A stretch of 62,469 nucleotides of DNA, filler included, from Choristocarpus tenellus KU-1152 (GCA_964200185.2; 12 parts of 12 records of this genome joined end to end with filler, not necessarily neighbours in it), one strand, 5' to 3'; numbered from the whole stretch's first letter, positions 1 through 14,877 are shown. Numbers and translations: made by a program. The notes: generated from the sequence alone by a model not told the origin.

Positions 1-2628
1 CCCCAGATACGTTGACCCATCAAGAACACTATTACTGAGAAGGTCATCATCAGGGTCTACAGTGGGCAATGCCAAAGCCTTAAATTGAAGAGTGATAACA
101 CCTAATATTGAAGAACCGACATCTGCGGGACATTGGTTGGTTTGACTTGGTAGAATAAGGTCATAAGGGAATTCCGCAGGGCAGTGTGGGTATATAAAAA
201 ATGATATAAAGATGCATGGGATGTCACTAACCGTGTCTAAAGTTAATATGGAAGGGTAAAATTAATTTTCCTTCAACCCTAAACATGTTTTGTGAAGATT
301 ACTTGAGACACAAAAAAAGATGGACGCAGTGCGACCAGGCACTGTTGGACCATGTCAAAGTAGGAATAGAATGACAACTATGGCCTGCACCTAAAGGAAA
401 AATCGAGCGTGAAGCATATTTATTCTGGATATGCCGAGGAATAAACTATCCTTGAGATGCGCGGGGTACTGAGTACTTATTGCAAGCTTGGAGAGTAGTC
501 GACTGGACGTACAGGGCGCAGGTCTGTGGGGGATAAGCAGTGGATACAGCTGAGACATCAGTGAATAAAGTAGGAGCTGGTAAAGCAGTTAGTGGGGTTA
601 TTTTGCGTTTGGAGACCTCACAATCGGGCAGTTGAACGCCATTCAAATTTGCCTTGACTTGGTCTGGAAATATTCCAAACTAGAACTGGTATCTAAGATA
701 AACCATAAGTAGACCATGCATGCATGATCAATGTTGGTTTATCATGTTGTGAATCATGAAGATGAAATTGACATGCAAAGAAGTTGTATAAGAAATGCGT
801 GCAGATTGTTTCACACTAGCCATATCCTTGATGTGTTACAGGCGAATAGCGCGAGTATTTCCCCCCGCGCTTTAACCGGCGCGAGCAGTGTACGCGTGTG
901 GGGAACCCCAAAAGGGGGAACTCCGATTTGCTAAAAAGTTTAAGAATAAAATCTGTAACTCGGGAAAGTCGCAAGGGTTCCAGATGGAAAGGTCGCAAAG
1001 GCTCTCAGTATATATTCCAATGTCTGTAAACCAAAGAAGCCCCAACGATAAATGATGATAAGAGATCCTAAAAACGGCTCCAAACAGCTCAGTTCTTCTG
1101 AACTAGAGACCCTACTTAAACACTCTCAATCTGATTTCGAAGAACATACATTTGTCTTGTGGTAATTGATTCATTGAGAGTACCCCTGTTCTGCTGAGCT
1201 GACGTTCGTTAATCTGTGAATTGGAGCTACCTACCCTGTGGAGGTAAGTTTCTGGAGCATGCCTTTAACAGATGTCTGTAAGATCCCGAATAAGTTCTAC
1301 GTTAGGCAGACGCTTTGGCTTGGCTGCCTCTGGTAATTTCGCTTCGATCAAGTTGATACGCAATTCTGAGGTAGATGAAGCGTGTGGAGCTGGAGAGAAT
1401 ATCTGTGATATCACAGAATAGGATGTTCTATTAAGTTTGTGGCCTTTCAGATTTATTGTTATTAATTGGGGTCATTGTTTGTTGCATCCCCTGTTACACC
1501 ACCCAGAAATCGACAAAAATTCACAATGATTTGAAGAGGAGAGGTTTTCTCCTGCCCTCTAGGAGAATCTTGTCAAAGCATGTAACACTGGTAACAAGTG
1601 TTCGCCTAGCTCGTTTTATTTTCATTCTTTCACCATGAAAATTCGAAAACGGTTCTCAGTGGTGTGCGAAGGGGTGTTTCGTCTCCTGGATGGAACTATA
1701 TGCCAAACGGGTTGATGTGGCATACATACACAGGAGATGTGTGTGGCAATGTAGTAAGAGTGTCCCCAGATTATAATTGGAGTACTATCCCACTTCAGAA
1801 TTGCTACACCATCGTTGTCATCGTGGAATGGGCACTATCGGAGAGTTGAGAGACCCTTACCCCCAAATCCCCTCTCCTATTTCTGAGTATTTGAGCAAGT
1901 AATTCAAGAAGCTCTACTTCTATACGAAAGTGCCCCAAACTTTCTATGTGGAAGGTGTTGAGATTTTTTATCAATGGGGGGTACGACGGTCCAACCACAA
2001 TCTGAAACAAGGTGCAGAAAATTTAAATAAAATGGTTTCTCACATTTTTCTTTTGATAAAATTTTCAGCTTTCAAATATTCTAAATTCCACATCCGAAAT
2101 TTCATGTAGTGTTCTGTCTGGAACTCATTACATCATGTTTTTGTGTAGGTTGGTTGGTATGGACAAAAATATACCATCAATTATATGTTACATTTATGAC
2201 AACTGTTACTTTTTAGGGATTGTTCTTACATTTGAATTTTATTATTTGTTTTTCCTGTGACATATCTGTAAAATGTCCCACAGTATATTATTATAGGTTA
2301 TAACTTACTTTTTTTCTATTTTTCATATATTAGTTAGGGATGATATACCAACCATTACTGTGATGAACGACACTCCACTATTTCTGATACATAATATAAT
2401 AATTATATAATATATATATATAATAATACTATTCCAGTATGACTAATTGTACTTCCTCCACTCCACACCTTCGTTCTCATGCGTTGGATTCAGCTTTCAC
2501 ACCCTTCGCCGTTCCGCCTCTTCCCTAAGACCTTTTGCTGTACCGATGAAGTTTTTCCACCTTATTATTGGTCCGGCGTTCTTGTGGTATAGGACAGAGA
2601 GTACTTCTAGGTGCATAATCTGTTGTGA

Positions 2629-2807
2629 GACTCAAAGTATCTGGGAGGGGGAGGAGGTCTACACCAGGGTGTTCATTTGGCTCAAAATCAGGAAAAATGC
2701 ATTTACATTATCCATCCGACGCATACAACCAAATCACTCAAAAATGGCGGCATGAGAAAATTGACCCCAAATGGGCAGCCGCCATCCCCCCTCAGATACT
2801 TTGGGTC
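2629..2807. mobile_element. MITE family 2 (~170-180 bp), full copy
   Basis: TIRs GACTCAAAGTATCTG...CAGATACTTTGGGTC; 3-bp TSD TGA/TGA; subterminal CCCCAAATGG motif. Confidence 0.9.
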
Positions 2808-2963
2808 TGATTCCCACTTGGAATTGCACCATCGAATCCAGGTTTTCGAGAAAAGAGGTTTGGGATCGAAGGGGCTTAAACTCGCTGAATCAATCCATGT
2901 CTTAGGCATGTTTTAACCACTCACTGATTGCGTAGGAATGGAGAACACAATGCTTCGAATTCT

Positions 2964-3130
2964 GACCTAAAGTATCTGGGAGGGGGGGGGGGTCTACACA
3001 AGGGTCAAAATCTGGAAAAGTGCATTTATAGTAACCATCCGACGTATGCAACCAAATCACTCAAAAATGGCCGCATGAAAAAAATAACCCCAAATGGACA
3101 GTCGCCACCCCCTCACAGATACTTTGAGCC
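2964..3130. mobile_element. MITE family 2, full copy
   Basis: GACCTAAAGTATCTG...CAGATACTTTGAGCC; TSD TCT/TCT; colinear with 2629-2807. Confidence 0.9.
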
Positions 3131-4498
3131 TCTGTCTGCAGAAATATATATGCGTGTTTCTGTTTCAGTTTGATTGCCTTGAGTTGGGCCACGACAAGCC
3201 ACGCTACTCTAAAACCAAGTCAAAATGATGGAATGCATAATACACTACAATGTTCATCATACCTCGACCTAGTGTTGTTGGTCTCGAGTGTAGGAGGACC
3301 GCAGTATGATGATTGTATCAATTTGACTCTGAATCGGATTGGTGGTCTAGGTATCAAGAAATGAAGAATTGGGAATAAAATATTATTATATCGTTAGACG
3401 CAGACAGATAGTCAATACTCCACTTGGACGGATAACAAGAAGAGGATGTGAGGAAAACAACGAAATAAACAGACTAAAAATCGAGAATGTGTTTCCAGAC
3501 AAATTCTTACAAAAAGATGGGGAAGATATCAGGTAATCGACCAGGCCTGTATAGAGAGGGAACCAAGCGAGAAAGAAAGTCCTTGACACTCCCGATTTAT
3601 GCAACACACAATCGGTACCCACGGGTTGTATCTCTTCACTCGAGTTCTTTCCTTCCTCTCCCTGATCCCCCTCACTCAGTGACAACATTTTTTGGGTTGA
3701 ACCTTTATTTCAAGGTGCTTTCAATTTTTCTACTTTCGCACGTGCCTGTTTGGGTCTCTCCATCTTGAAAGTGTTGTGAAGCCCACCCGCATATATTTAA
3801 TGCGACACAGTAGTTTAAGATCAAAGTGTGCAGCCTAATACAATAGAAATCCTGTCGAAAGATCATCAAGACTAATGATGCATATCAAAATCTGTGTTTG
3901 GCCACTCATGCCAAGAACCTACCCCAAGCAGGATCAGTGCAGTGGACTGACTGGACAGTGGGATGGACTGTGATGTTTCAAACACGAAGGAGACAGCCTA
4001 TATACGTAGGGAATATATCTGCCAGAAGATATTCTACACTCTCCTCTATTGTGGGAATGAACAGTGGCTGCAGGATGCCTAGACAACAACTGGTCTAATA
4101 TCTTTGTCTTGTGATATACGGATTTTTGCCCGAAATAGGAAATAATCTGGGACAGTAATTATAAAATGTGGGGACCAAATCTCGATGAAGTGTTAAGTAG
4201 CACTTGGTGTTTGGAAGATAATTGAACTTTTTGACCTAGAACTCTTTCATTTTATCACGGACATGTTCCGTCAAAATAATTTCTGTACACAAAATAAAAA
4301 CGATGGTTCTTCATTCGTGCCCCTAACTGAGGTTATACTATTATTGTAATACTCCAGAGTACGTAGTAACAAATTCACTGTAGTACATCCTACCACTCAC
4401 TACACATTCCATACTTTAGAGACACCCCATACTTTACACTTCAAACGTATTTCTTCTGGCATATACGTACTTTGTGTATGTTGTATTATTATTCAAGT

Positions 4499-4676
4499 GA
4501 CTGAAAGTATCTTAGAGGGTACGAGTTTTGCCCTGTTTGTCCATTTGGGGGTTGGCTTCCTGTGTTCATTTTTATGATATTTTCCCACTCCAAAATGTTT
4601 CGGAGTAGGTCANNNNNNNNNNTTGGATTTTGGTCCCCAAATGGACGCTGCTCTACCCTCTAAGATACTTTGGCTC
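4499..4676. mobile_element. MITE family 1 (~260 bp), copy containing a 10-N gap
   Basis: GACTGAAAGTATCTTAGAGGGTA...TACCCTCTAAGATACTTTGGCTC; TSD AGT/AGT. Confidence 0.88.
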
Positions 4677-5608
4677 AGTGCTAAAAGGAAGACGGGTGAG
4701 AACTAATGGAAGAATCCGAATAAAACTCTGTCAAGCCTCTCCTACCCCATTGACCTGGATTTTTGTATTTCACTGTACACTGAGCTGTGAGTAACGTGTT
4801 GTAACTACATGTTCTTTCGCCTGTTGTTATTGCATGCATGCACCAGTTTGGCACCACTGAAGACAGTAATTGCATTACAGGCCTCCCAGACTGATTAATT
4901 CAGCCATAGAAGTTGTACGCCAGTTGGGTGATATATAAAAGGGCAATTATGGCAACGCAAAAATAGTAAATTTGCCTGAGTTATGGAAAAATCCAGTGCT
5001 GTGTACACCTAAAAATATGTGTCGAGTGTTGATAGCTGCACAATTTATTATAATGTATGCATGCCTGAGTAACTCCTGGCATCCTCCCCATGCTTCCAGA
5101 CCGCCTTCATAGTGGTAGTCTAGGAGGACTAGCAGGAGCTATAGCTGTGTGTGTATAAAAACGTAGCTTAATTGTTTTCAGATATAGCACGATAACAAGT
5201 TGTTGCACACCGAAGGAGTTGATTTCTCACTACTGGTTGTTGCAGTGCTGTTACTGTAAAAACGTAAATCAGAAGCATCGTGTTGTGATCGTGATATTCT
5301 TCTCATTTTTCGACTTCAAGACAAATCTGCAGAATGTTAATGGGCGAAACACATGTATGCGCTTATGCATCCCTTGTTATGTTGTGGTGCACTAGTAGTG
5401 CTGCAACCTGCGTTAGCCTAATCTATGTCATAGGCGATGTATCTAATGGCGGTTTTATAAACGCCATTGTAACCTTGAAGTCCTTGGTCTTATATACTGT
5501 ACTTCTTAACTATTTAAAGATTATTTACTCATTAGGGTCAACGTATCTGGGGGAGGGGGGTGCCGGCGTCCGTTTTTCACCCTTTTTTCGATTTTCACTT
5601 TTTTGGTG

Positions 5609-5708
5609 NNNNNNNNNNNNNNNNNNNNNNNNNNNNNNNNNNNNNNNNNNNNTTAATTAATTAANNNNNNNNNNNNNNNNNNNNNNNNNNNNNNNNNNNN
5701 NNNNNNNN
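5609..5708. other. Artificial contig-joining spacer (first of 11)
   Basis: 44 N + TTAATTAATTAA (stops in all six frames) + 44 N. Identical spacers at 14778-14877, 19438-19537, 22201-22300, 26527-26626, 29677-29776, 37662-37761, 43108-43207, 47089-47188, 54067-54166 and 59499-59598. Adjacency across them is not biological. Confidence 0.98.
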
Positions 5709-6181
5709 ATCCTCAATTTTGAGAATCCCCTGTTACATACACCACAATAAGAAAAATAGTAATAATAATGAAAGGGGGATCTTTACTTAGTGGGACAGGG
5801 GATGTGCTGGAGGCGCATATCTGGGTAACAACAGCAGGTTGAACCAGCACTAGAAGTAGTATCGATGTCAAGGCATCCCATTATGAGCTTTAAAGGTCGT
5901 ACATAAATGCATTGTATGGAGGTGTGAGTAGACTAATAATCATGTAGAAAGGTCAATATTCTTGTGATTTTGAATCAGGTACTTTTAGACTGGTACAGAC
6001 CCATCCTTTTTCTGAGGGAAAAATGTTTTTGAAACGGTTCCCTGTCAAAAAATATTTTTCTGCTTCGGTTGAATTGTTGTAACGTTTTAATAAGAAAAAT
6101 ACCTCACAACTCCAGAATTCTAATATTACCTATTGACCTATTGAACCCTGAAATGGTAAGGTAGAGGGGTGATCTGTAGCG

Positions 6182-9100
6182 ATGGTGTTGACCCAGGAGG
6201 AGATGGATGGATGCAGGGATGCATTTTTAGCATTTGACAAGGATCGAAGTGGGACAATAGATGTATGGGAGTTACGGCAGGTTTGTCGGAGATCGGTCTT
6301 GAAGGGGAGTTATTGCAATTCGGGATAATCACAAATACTGATAATCCAGAATCGAGGTGTACCACAGTAGAAAACCTTCTCTGTCCATGCTCTTTCTGCG
6401 AGAAGGAAATGTTACTGGGTACGACAATCAGGTTATTCTATACAATGGGTGCGTGTTACCGTTCCATATTTCGAGCGCTTGTTGTACGATGAACCTACTA
6501 CCGCATGCAAGGTCGTGCTGTACTTCGAACGATCGAGCAGTTGTACAAACAGACATCCATTTTCACTCAAACTCACTGACAAATATCCTCTCACCTAAGA
6601 CATTCCTAACACTCACATCGAAGGTGCTAGAAGCCATGGGTCAGAAACCAACGGAGGAGGAGCTCTTCCAGATGATTAGTGAGGTTGATGACAACATGTC
6701 TGGGTCGATCGATTTCCCGGAGTTCCTCAAGGTGGGAAGAGGGGGCGAGCTGTTGACTGCAGCTCTTAAATACATCCAGAGAGTAGGCAGAGCAGCATTC
6801 GTTATATTATGCTCTCAACAAAATGCCTAATCAGATCATTTCAACTATCATCGCCATGCATCTCTAAATTATTGATAAGGGCACGACCTTAGAATCAGGA
6901 AGATATTCCAAAGAAAATAATACAGTAGAACGCAATGGGAGACATGTAGGTGCGAAGATTGACAACTCCCCCTTACCTAGAGTAAAATTCCAAAAGAACT
7001 GTGAAGGCACCTCTCCACTGTAGAAAATCCTTAGAGGAATGCGTCATTCTTACACAGAAACTATGAAACAGACCACGCATCAACCTTTTTTCTTTTGAGA
7101 TATCTGAGTTGGCTATGTACTACTATGGAGAAACAGTTGCTGCGAAACAAAGTGGACATGTTAGATCGTATGGTTGCCTTTTTACTCCTTTGTCACTCCC
7201 ATCTCTCCTCAGCAATATCCAACCACACCAAATGGCAGGTAATCGAGAACCAAAAGACAAGGGCAGAGCACTTTGATGATGAAACTGATATGGTTGATGC
7301 CTTTGTTGCATGTGGAGGACGTATGGACAAGTCCGGCCATGTGAAGAGGCAAGTCAATGAACAAGATGCCGGTTACTACAAAATACTAAACCCACCATGT
7401 TGGAATCCTAATTAATGATGCTAAGAAAACAGCTCTACTGTGGTGTTGCACGTAATCATGTACTCGGATTACTTTTCAGTACACTTCAAAATATGAGATA
7501 CTGAGCCAAAGTAAACGAGAGGTACCCAAGTTTCGGCCGTTTTGTATTGTAAACCATTTTTCCAACCTTCGTGATTCACCCATATTTCTATGGATAAAGT
7601 GCTAAGTTCGACTTGAGAGCATTGATTCTCTATTTTTCGAGACTTTTCGACAGTAGCCAGAAAATATCCTCTTCACATTTTTTTTAGTTAAATTTTGGAC
7701 ATATTTGTCATTATCTTTAAAATGCAACTCTGGGTACCTCTCGTTTACTTCAATTCACTGCCTATACTGTTATTGGCGTAGAAACCCACCACAATCCAAT
7801 TCCCGATATCAAAATATCTATATGAAGAAATGTACAAATTAAAGCAGACCTACCTGATGACTCCAGTGTAAAATTCCTTGCCACTTTCACCTCCTTGAGG
7901 CACACCAATAAAAGCCTGTTCTTTTGATCCTGTGTACGGCCAATCTAGACACAGGCAGCTCCACTTGTGAATATCCTTTTCCCACAATCCACTCTAAGTG
8001 TACGTATATACTCCAGTGTATATATGAAACCATGATTTAGCACCTTGGAAAACATATAGGTAGCATAATCAATACTATAGCGTAGTGCATTATTCCCAAA
8101 TAGAGTTTGTCCCTACAACATCTTCAGAGCAAATGGGTTGATACAACCGGTAGTCACCAATTTGAAGTAAAACACAGTCAAACCTCAAGAGTCACACCCA
8201 CAGCTGTGCTCTTTGCAGAGAAACATTAGAATAGATCCATGACCATTCACATCCTAACCCTATACACAACTTGTTTGCTGTTTAGTAACAGTCCAGGAGT
8301 GAAAGTATCTTAGAGGGTACGAGTTTTTCCCTGTATGTCCATTTGGGGCTTGGCTTCCCATGCAGTACTTGTATGACGTCTTCCTACTCAAAGATGTTTC
8401 GGAGTTGGTAAATGTGTACGTCATGAAAAGGTGCGTCCGTAACAAGGATATTGACACTTCCTAACAAACAGAATAGTCAAAACTACATCAAAATCGCAAC
8501 ATTGGATTTTGTTCCCTAAATGGACGTGACTCTACCCTCTAAGATACTCTGGCTCTCCCAGGCATTGATCGATTCACCACCCCCGCCGCAAATGATATTG
8601 AATGTTGTTGTAGAGCAAATGGCACCAACCGTCATCCTGGGCAAGCAGACATTATAAAGCAAATTATCTCAAGTGTTGTCGTGACCCCGAATGTTCTAGA
8701 ACAAATGATTTCCGAACAATGACTGTTCTGAACAAATTGTCTCGAGAATTGGTGCGACCAACACGTGTTGTGGACGGAATGATCCTGGAAATTATTCTGA
8801 CAACAGTCAACACAACCTAGATTTGACCGAGCATTCAGCATTGAGGCTTAAGTTGTCTGAGGTGTGCTATGTATACGTACAACATGACATGTATATTTCC
8901 CTTGAGAAGTAAGGAACTACTACGGATGAAGAGGAGCACAGAGGGACATAGACAAGACTTAGATCTAATTGATCCATGATCAGACTTGCAGCTGCTAAGT
9001 TGGTGAATGTTTGCATGGTCCCAGTCAACAACTGTCTACTTCACCAGTCCAACCCTCCTCTCCAAATTCAATTTTTTGCTCACTTATCTGTCACAGGGAT

Positions 9101-9226
9101 GCCCTGGTGAAGATAATAAGGCAAGACTTCGGACTAACTATTGATATTGAGGACCTCATCAACAGAATCGACTCCGACAGGTCTGGGGAGATCGAATTCA
9201 GGGAGTTCAAAGCATTGCTGTCATAG
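6182..9226 (+). CDS. LC4: Calmodulin-like EF-hand protein, outer-arm dynein 18-kDa light chain (LC4)-like; 4 exons, 148 aa, complete
   Basis: Exons 6182-6280, 6624-6731, 7239-7348 and 9097-9226 splice in frame: [33 protein letters not shown]|[36 protein letters not shown]|VIENQK...[11 protein letters not shown]...|...[19 protein letters not shown]. It has EF-hand loops, and the DAFVAxGG segment and F(K/R)ALLS C-terminus resemble Chlamydomonas LC4. Intron 3 has a GC donor. Confidence 0.88.
7503..7756. mobile_element. MITE family 3 (single copy, in LC4 intron 3)
   Basis: 26-bp imperfect TIR GAGCCAAAGTAAACGAGAGGTACCCA / TGGGTACCTCTCGTTTACTTCAATTC; TSD ACT/ACT. Confidence 0.85.
8297..8555. mobile_element. 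MITE family 1, full copy (LC4 intron 3)
   Basis: GAGTGAAAGTATCTTAGAGGGTAC...TACCCTCTAAGATACTCTGGCTC; TSD not clean. Confidence 0.9.
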
Positions 9227-11826
9227 GGTCCTCCAGATACAATGATGGCATCAGCTCGCATCAACTGGCAAATTGTGTTCAAGTTTAATTTCTACTCAGA
9301 CTGGAGTTTGCTCCAAAACAGACCATGATGCAAAGATGGTAAATATAGAAGCTCTAGACTGCTTTTGATCCTTTACGGATGGCTAATACACATGCCAGTA
9401 CAAGTCCCACAAAACAAATTGCTGAATAATGACTACCATGTCAACCATAATTTCTAAGAGTCAGAAAGAAGATCTTTCGAAAACCCGGGGGCAAAGAGTC
9501 CGATCAACAGGGTGCAGTCAATAATCTTCCATTGAATATTTTTCTTCCTATTTCTCGATTTGGTCCCTAAGAACCTGGGTGCTTGGGTAAAGGAAAGAAC
9601 AATGTCATGATGTCAACGTTGAACAAAAGACTTAGCAGCACTGCAGTCCCCATCTCCTGCCAACGCAAGAAGCACTCCCTTCCAATCCAAGAAGACAAGA
9701 CAAACTTCAACTGACAAAAAGAGGAGATGAAACGGACAGAAGGTACGCATGCGGTTACACACACACAAGTACCAGTACATCTTTATGAAGTATTGCTTCC
9801 AATCTTGAGGATTTATCAAGATAAATTTGACCTTATTTTGCTCCATGAAAAACACACCGTTGCTGCAAGTTCAGAGAGGCCTTTCGTTGGGATCGATTGC
9901 ATCTTCGTTTTGTTTTGTCATGAGCACCATTTGCGGATCAAGGCTTGGTGAGACCCTGGACCACCTTCACTGCTCATGTCTACACTAAGGTCCACAGATG
10001 GGAATATCTATATCTATATATATAAATATATATATTCTCACTGTTACAAATTACACCGAATCGAATCATGCCAAACAATAACGGGCATCGAAATCGATTC
10101 AGCCTTACCATTGGTTATGTTTGAATTTCTCAAAACTAACCCGACCAATTTGAGGCAGTTCAAATAGCTTTGAGAAAATTAGAATCCAATCCACCAATGA
10201 GGGGGCCGAATCCATTATAATCCATTTTAAATTACCTTCCGATTTGGTATGATTGTAGTCGTATCATTATTTTTGTTCAGTGGTCTGAATATTTTGGGGC
10301 TTAGGTGGGGTGTGATCTGCCGTTGGAAACCTGAACTTTTCCAGGTGCGGAAAGAAGGCTTCACATTGATTGAGAGCCTGGACTAAATTCGAGGGCAGTT
10401 AGCCCCCAAAAAGGATTTTTACCTCCCTTCCTCTGGAGCAACATAAAAACAACCAAGAGGGAACAAGACCAGATAGGGTGGACCAGCTTTTAGATGTTTC
10501 AATTTCAGCACTTTCCATGCTCAAGGACAAAATTTCAAGGACATTCCTACACTCAACAGCTATGTACTGTTTTAGGACCATCCATCAATTCCACCTTCAC
10601 TCATGGAATCTCCCAATCACTCTACAGGTCACTCGGACAAAATAATAGAATCAAAATAATAGAATCAAGAAGGAGGAACAAACTCTCTCTTAACTAGTTT
10701 ACAGATCTGGTGTGAACAGTTCAGCATTGGTATCTTCCAGTCAGGGGTGTTGTTTGCGTAAACCGCATCATTAGAGGTATTTCGTAGCATTGCAGCAGAT
10801 TGCAGAGGGAGAGCAAAAACCTCATGATGATAATGTTGTACAAGTTGCGAAGTATCACTCCTACACCAGTTACTGAAACTTACTGGAACTTACATAACAT
10901 ATATATTTACATAAAGAGGTTTAATGTGGTCGATGTACAGAACCTTCTTCTTAACATTCTTCACTGGAATCAGCGTTACCTCATCAGTGAACTGTGAAGG
11001 CCTGTCATGTGGTTTATCTATGATATATGTTGCTAAGTTTACCAGCCCAAAATCTTTCTCAAATGAGAAACTCACCCTAATCCTCACACTAGTATGTTCA
11101 ACATCACATGGATGGGGGTCTCCTAGGAAGTGCTACAGCCTACAGTCTCCCCTGTCCTGATGGTATGTAGCATTGCTAGTCCACCATCATTATCTCTAAG
11201 CTGATTCTACCCAAAGATACCTTGACAAGTGAAACTATACACTTGAGGCCTTTTCGCCCATAAATCACAAATATTTTCAAAGGATCTGTTGAACCACAGG
11301 CATTTCTGTTGTCAAGTTCCCAACACACCAACTATACACACTCAGGTATCAGTCAAGGGAAAGACACATCTTAAGCCCCCCTCCCATTCAGCTATATTTG
11401 ATAAGTCAACATCCACTTACCACATACCTTACCACTCAAAACACTGAGAAGCCTCATATAATCCCAATTTCTATACCTATACAAGAGACATGCCCACCAC
11501 CCCTCACAATCAACCACAATCACTGGCTTGTATTCCATGCAGATCCACTTGAACCCCTTGTTTTGTCCATGAGGCACATGTTCTTATCCTTGTAGGCTCT
11601 ACGCAGTTCTTCACAATGCCCCCTTTGCAATAGTTGCTTCAGGACGAAAAAATCACAAAAAATGGAGAAGAACAGGTGAGTGTGGCAGGTTTGGGGTTGC
11701 CATGCATAGGGGTGGAGGAGTTGGGAAGTCAGGTGATCACTCAGTGTCTGTGGACAAAAATCTGTTGGGGATGAGAGAAAAAAAGGAATATAAGTCAAGA
11801 AAGTGGCATTAAGCCCTCATGACATA

Positions 11827-12089
11827 GAGTCTAATTATCTTAGAGGGAAGAGCCGTGTCCATTTGGGAGCCAAAATCCAATGTTGCAATTTTGATGTAAT
11901 TTTGTCTATCATGTTTGTTAGGAGATGTCAATATCCTTGTTCCAGACACACCTGTTCATAAGGTACACATTTTACCTACTCCAAAACATTTTTTTCGGAG
12001 TAGGTAAAATGTCATTAAAAACACGAGGGAAGTCAAGCCCCAATTGGACAAACAGGGAAAAACTCGTACCCTCTAAGATACTTCCACTC
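11827..12089. mobile_element. MITE family 1, full copy (opposite orientation)
   Basis: TIRs as in the other copies; TSD ATA/GTA (1 mismatch). Confidence 0.9.
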
Positions 12090-14877
12090 GTACCATTTCA
12101 TGCTGCAAACATCCTGCGAGTCTGACAGAGTTGCATCAACCTTCCAGGACAAGCATACTATCCAAGGGTTTGAGTATTTCATAGAACTCCACTCCCATCC
12201 ACACTGTTCCATGACACAATACTGTAGATACTCCAGGTACCTGATCCAGTTGCGCCTCCCCCCACATGCTCCCAATGTTTTCATCCTCCCATCCGTCTTC
12301 CAGAAGAGAACGGCGCCTTGTTTGCGGTCCACCCATACACCCCTGCCCCACCATGACGTGCAAGCGCCGTTTCCCCAAGCGGTGCCGCAACACCTCCAGT
12401 ACTGTTAGCGAAATGCAAAACCAGAGAAACGTGTCGTACCACCACTGAAACTCATCGGGGTCAGAATCACCCCCAGGTGGTGGCAAGGGATGATTATGCT
12501 CTCTTACAAGACGAAGGATGTTTCTTCGCTGAACCAAAAAGCTGAGGAATGACAAGAACGCCGCGATGGAAAATGGGACTGCCATCTTTACCGAGACAAC
12601 CAGTGACCATCGACAGGACGCATCAGGGCTCTGGCAAATGAAAGCGGCAAGACAATGGGACGTAGTAGTCACGAAATATGTTAATAGTTAGCTGGGGTAA
12701 AAACGAGGGGATAATGCCGATTGGGTTAATTTTGCCAACTCTGGGCCAGCAGGAACAGCGTGAGCATGGTTCAGCTATTCGTGCCTTGCATTCTCCCATC
12801 TGGTACAACGCCTTACTGACTACTCTTGAAAGGTAACAACAACCTACGTTACCCAGGTCGAAATTTCCTCCACTTGAGAATTTTGGGGTAAATGACATAT
12901 ATATATACACCCATACACTCACGGACAGTCCAGCTGCGCCCAGAATGGATGCAAGACACATCGTTGTTCCAAGGATGAGAGGCGAAAATCCCAACCAAAC
13001 GGACTTAACGTCACTGTGATGGAAATTCATTGAGAAAAATTCACCAAAACAGACAAGAGAGATACCCGCCAACCCACTGAGGGCAGTTAGGAAGCTTAAG
13101 GCCGACATGGCCAGGCAAGGCGACTAGGTTTGACTTGACCTTTGGTTGTTGAAGGGGATGAAACTATATATAAAAATATTTTTCTTCTTCTTCTCACTGA
13201 GGCAGTGCTCTGGGTGCCCCAGAGCATGGTGGTCACCCCTCTCACCTTTCCCAACAACTTCCATGTCCCTCCTATGCAAACCACGTACAGCACTGGGAAA
13301 GTAGCTCCTCAGGTAACTCACCCACCACCTTGTATGGAATCATGTTAAGTCCAGGCTTTACTGTTGTCAAGACCCCCAAGTTTAGTGTGTTACAGGCGGT
13401 AGGGATGCTATCCAACCCCAACAGCAACTCGAATATAGATGTAGGATCGAGGACGACGGCAGTGGTCTCGAAGGGCACAGCAGAGAACCCAGCTTGCGAG
13501 CTGAGCAATGGAAGGGGTAGATCAGGTGAATTGAGGGAGAAAACCAGTATGGAAGAAAAAATGACTCTAGGTGAGTCCCTGACTAGTAGTTCCTCTGTCT
13601 TGCAGTCCATGTTTGGCAAGGTTCGTTCAGTTGACTAACGTCTCGATCTAGGTAAGTGCTTAGGTGGGTTTCCTGTATAGAGGTAGATTTTTCTATGGTC
13701 GATGGGGAAAGGGGTGCTGTAGGTTTCTGTTACTCCTTGTTCATCAGTAGTATCGATGTCTGTGAGGCACAGAGGCAATTTGTTTCAGAGGCAATTTGTG
13801 CCAAGACGTGGTTTTGCTTGCTACCTTGGCAAAGAGGCAGAGTATATTTCCACCATGGATACACACGCTAATGACTTCAATAAGTTTCGCAAATATCAAG
13901 GTGAGAGCAAAGTATGCATCTTGCCTTTGTAAGATTTGTGTTCTTGTCGCAAGAGAAGAACTGTTCAACAAGTCGATGCCTTCCTGGATGGGCTGACAGG
14001 CTACTGCTGCCCTTTTCACCAACCTTGCATATTCCAATCAATTGGCGAGGCATAGAATCTGAGTGCGTGGCCTTATAATGCTTCCACCGCCACTGGCAAT
14101 TTTGACTGCTTTAAGTGAAAGCCTTGCCAATTCAAGAAGTATTCGTGGATACTTGGCAACGTTCTTTACATCAGCTGCAATTTCGTACCTTGTGGAAAGG
14201 CGATTCATCTCGAAAACATCAACAACCTTGCTAAAGTCTCACTTGCGATGGGTTAACGTGTCGTAAAACCCTTACTCCACTCCTACAACCAACCAGGCAA
14301 GACCCCCAATATGAGATAGCTGAGGAGTTATTTGTTCGATAAACACCTTGACAAGTCCAAGCCTGCCCTCGCTGTACAGGAATCAAGGGAGAGCACAATG
14401 GTGTGGCAACAAGAGACCTTGGTCATCGGGTGGACAACGTGCTTGAGAGACTAGAGGTGACAAGAGCTGAAGCACACATTATCATTGGTATGAAGTCTGC
14501 AATGGTGTCAAGTGCAGTATTGTTGTGCTGGAAAGTGAGCTTCAGTTTCAGCATATCTTAAAAAGTCACAATCAGCAGCCCAAATCTAAAATTTTGCTAA
14601 GGACCTTATCAGACGCTTCTCAAGACCTATCTTAGAATCTCTTTTTTGTGTCACGCCATTCACCGTTGAGAGGCCAGTTCTCCATCATGCCACGTGTTCC
14701 CCCCCCCCCCCGCATTGCCCCCTTTCCACCATTTTTTTCTTTTGGCAAACTTGCTTTTGACAGTAGGGGGTGAAGGCNNNNNNNNNNNNNNNNNNNNNNN
14801 NNNNNNNNNNNNNNNNNNNNNTTAATTAATTAANNNNNNNNNNNNNNNNNNNNNNNNNNNNNNNNNNNNNNNNNNNN

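Noticed and set aside
19-2620. Coding-like but broken sequence; likewise 9500-11600, 12620-14500 and 43900-44800
   Set aside because: Probably old TE relics, but I recognise no diagnostic motif; a frameshift-aware translated search is needed.
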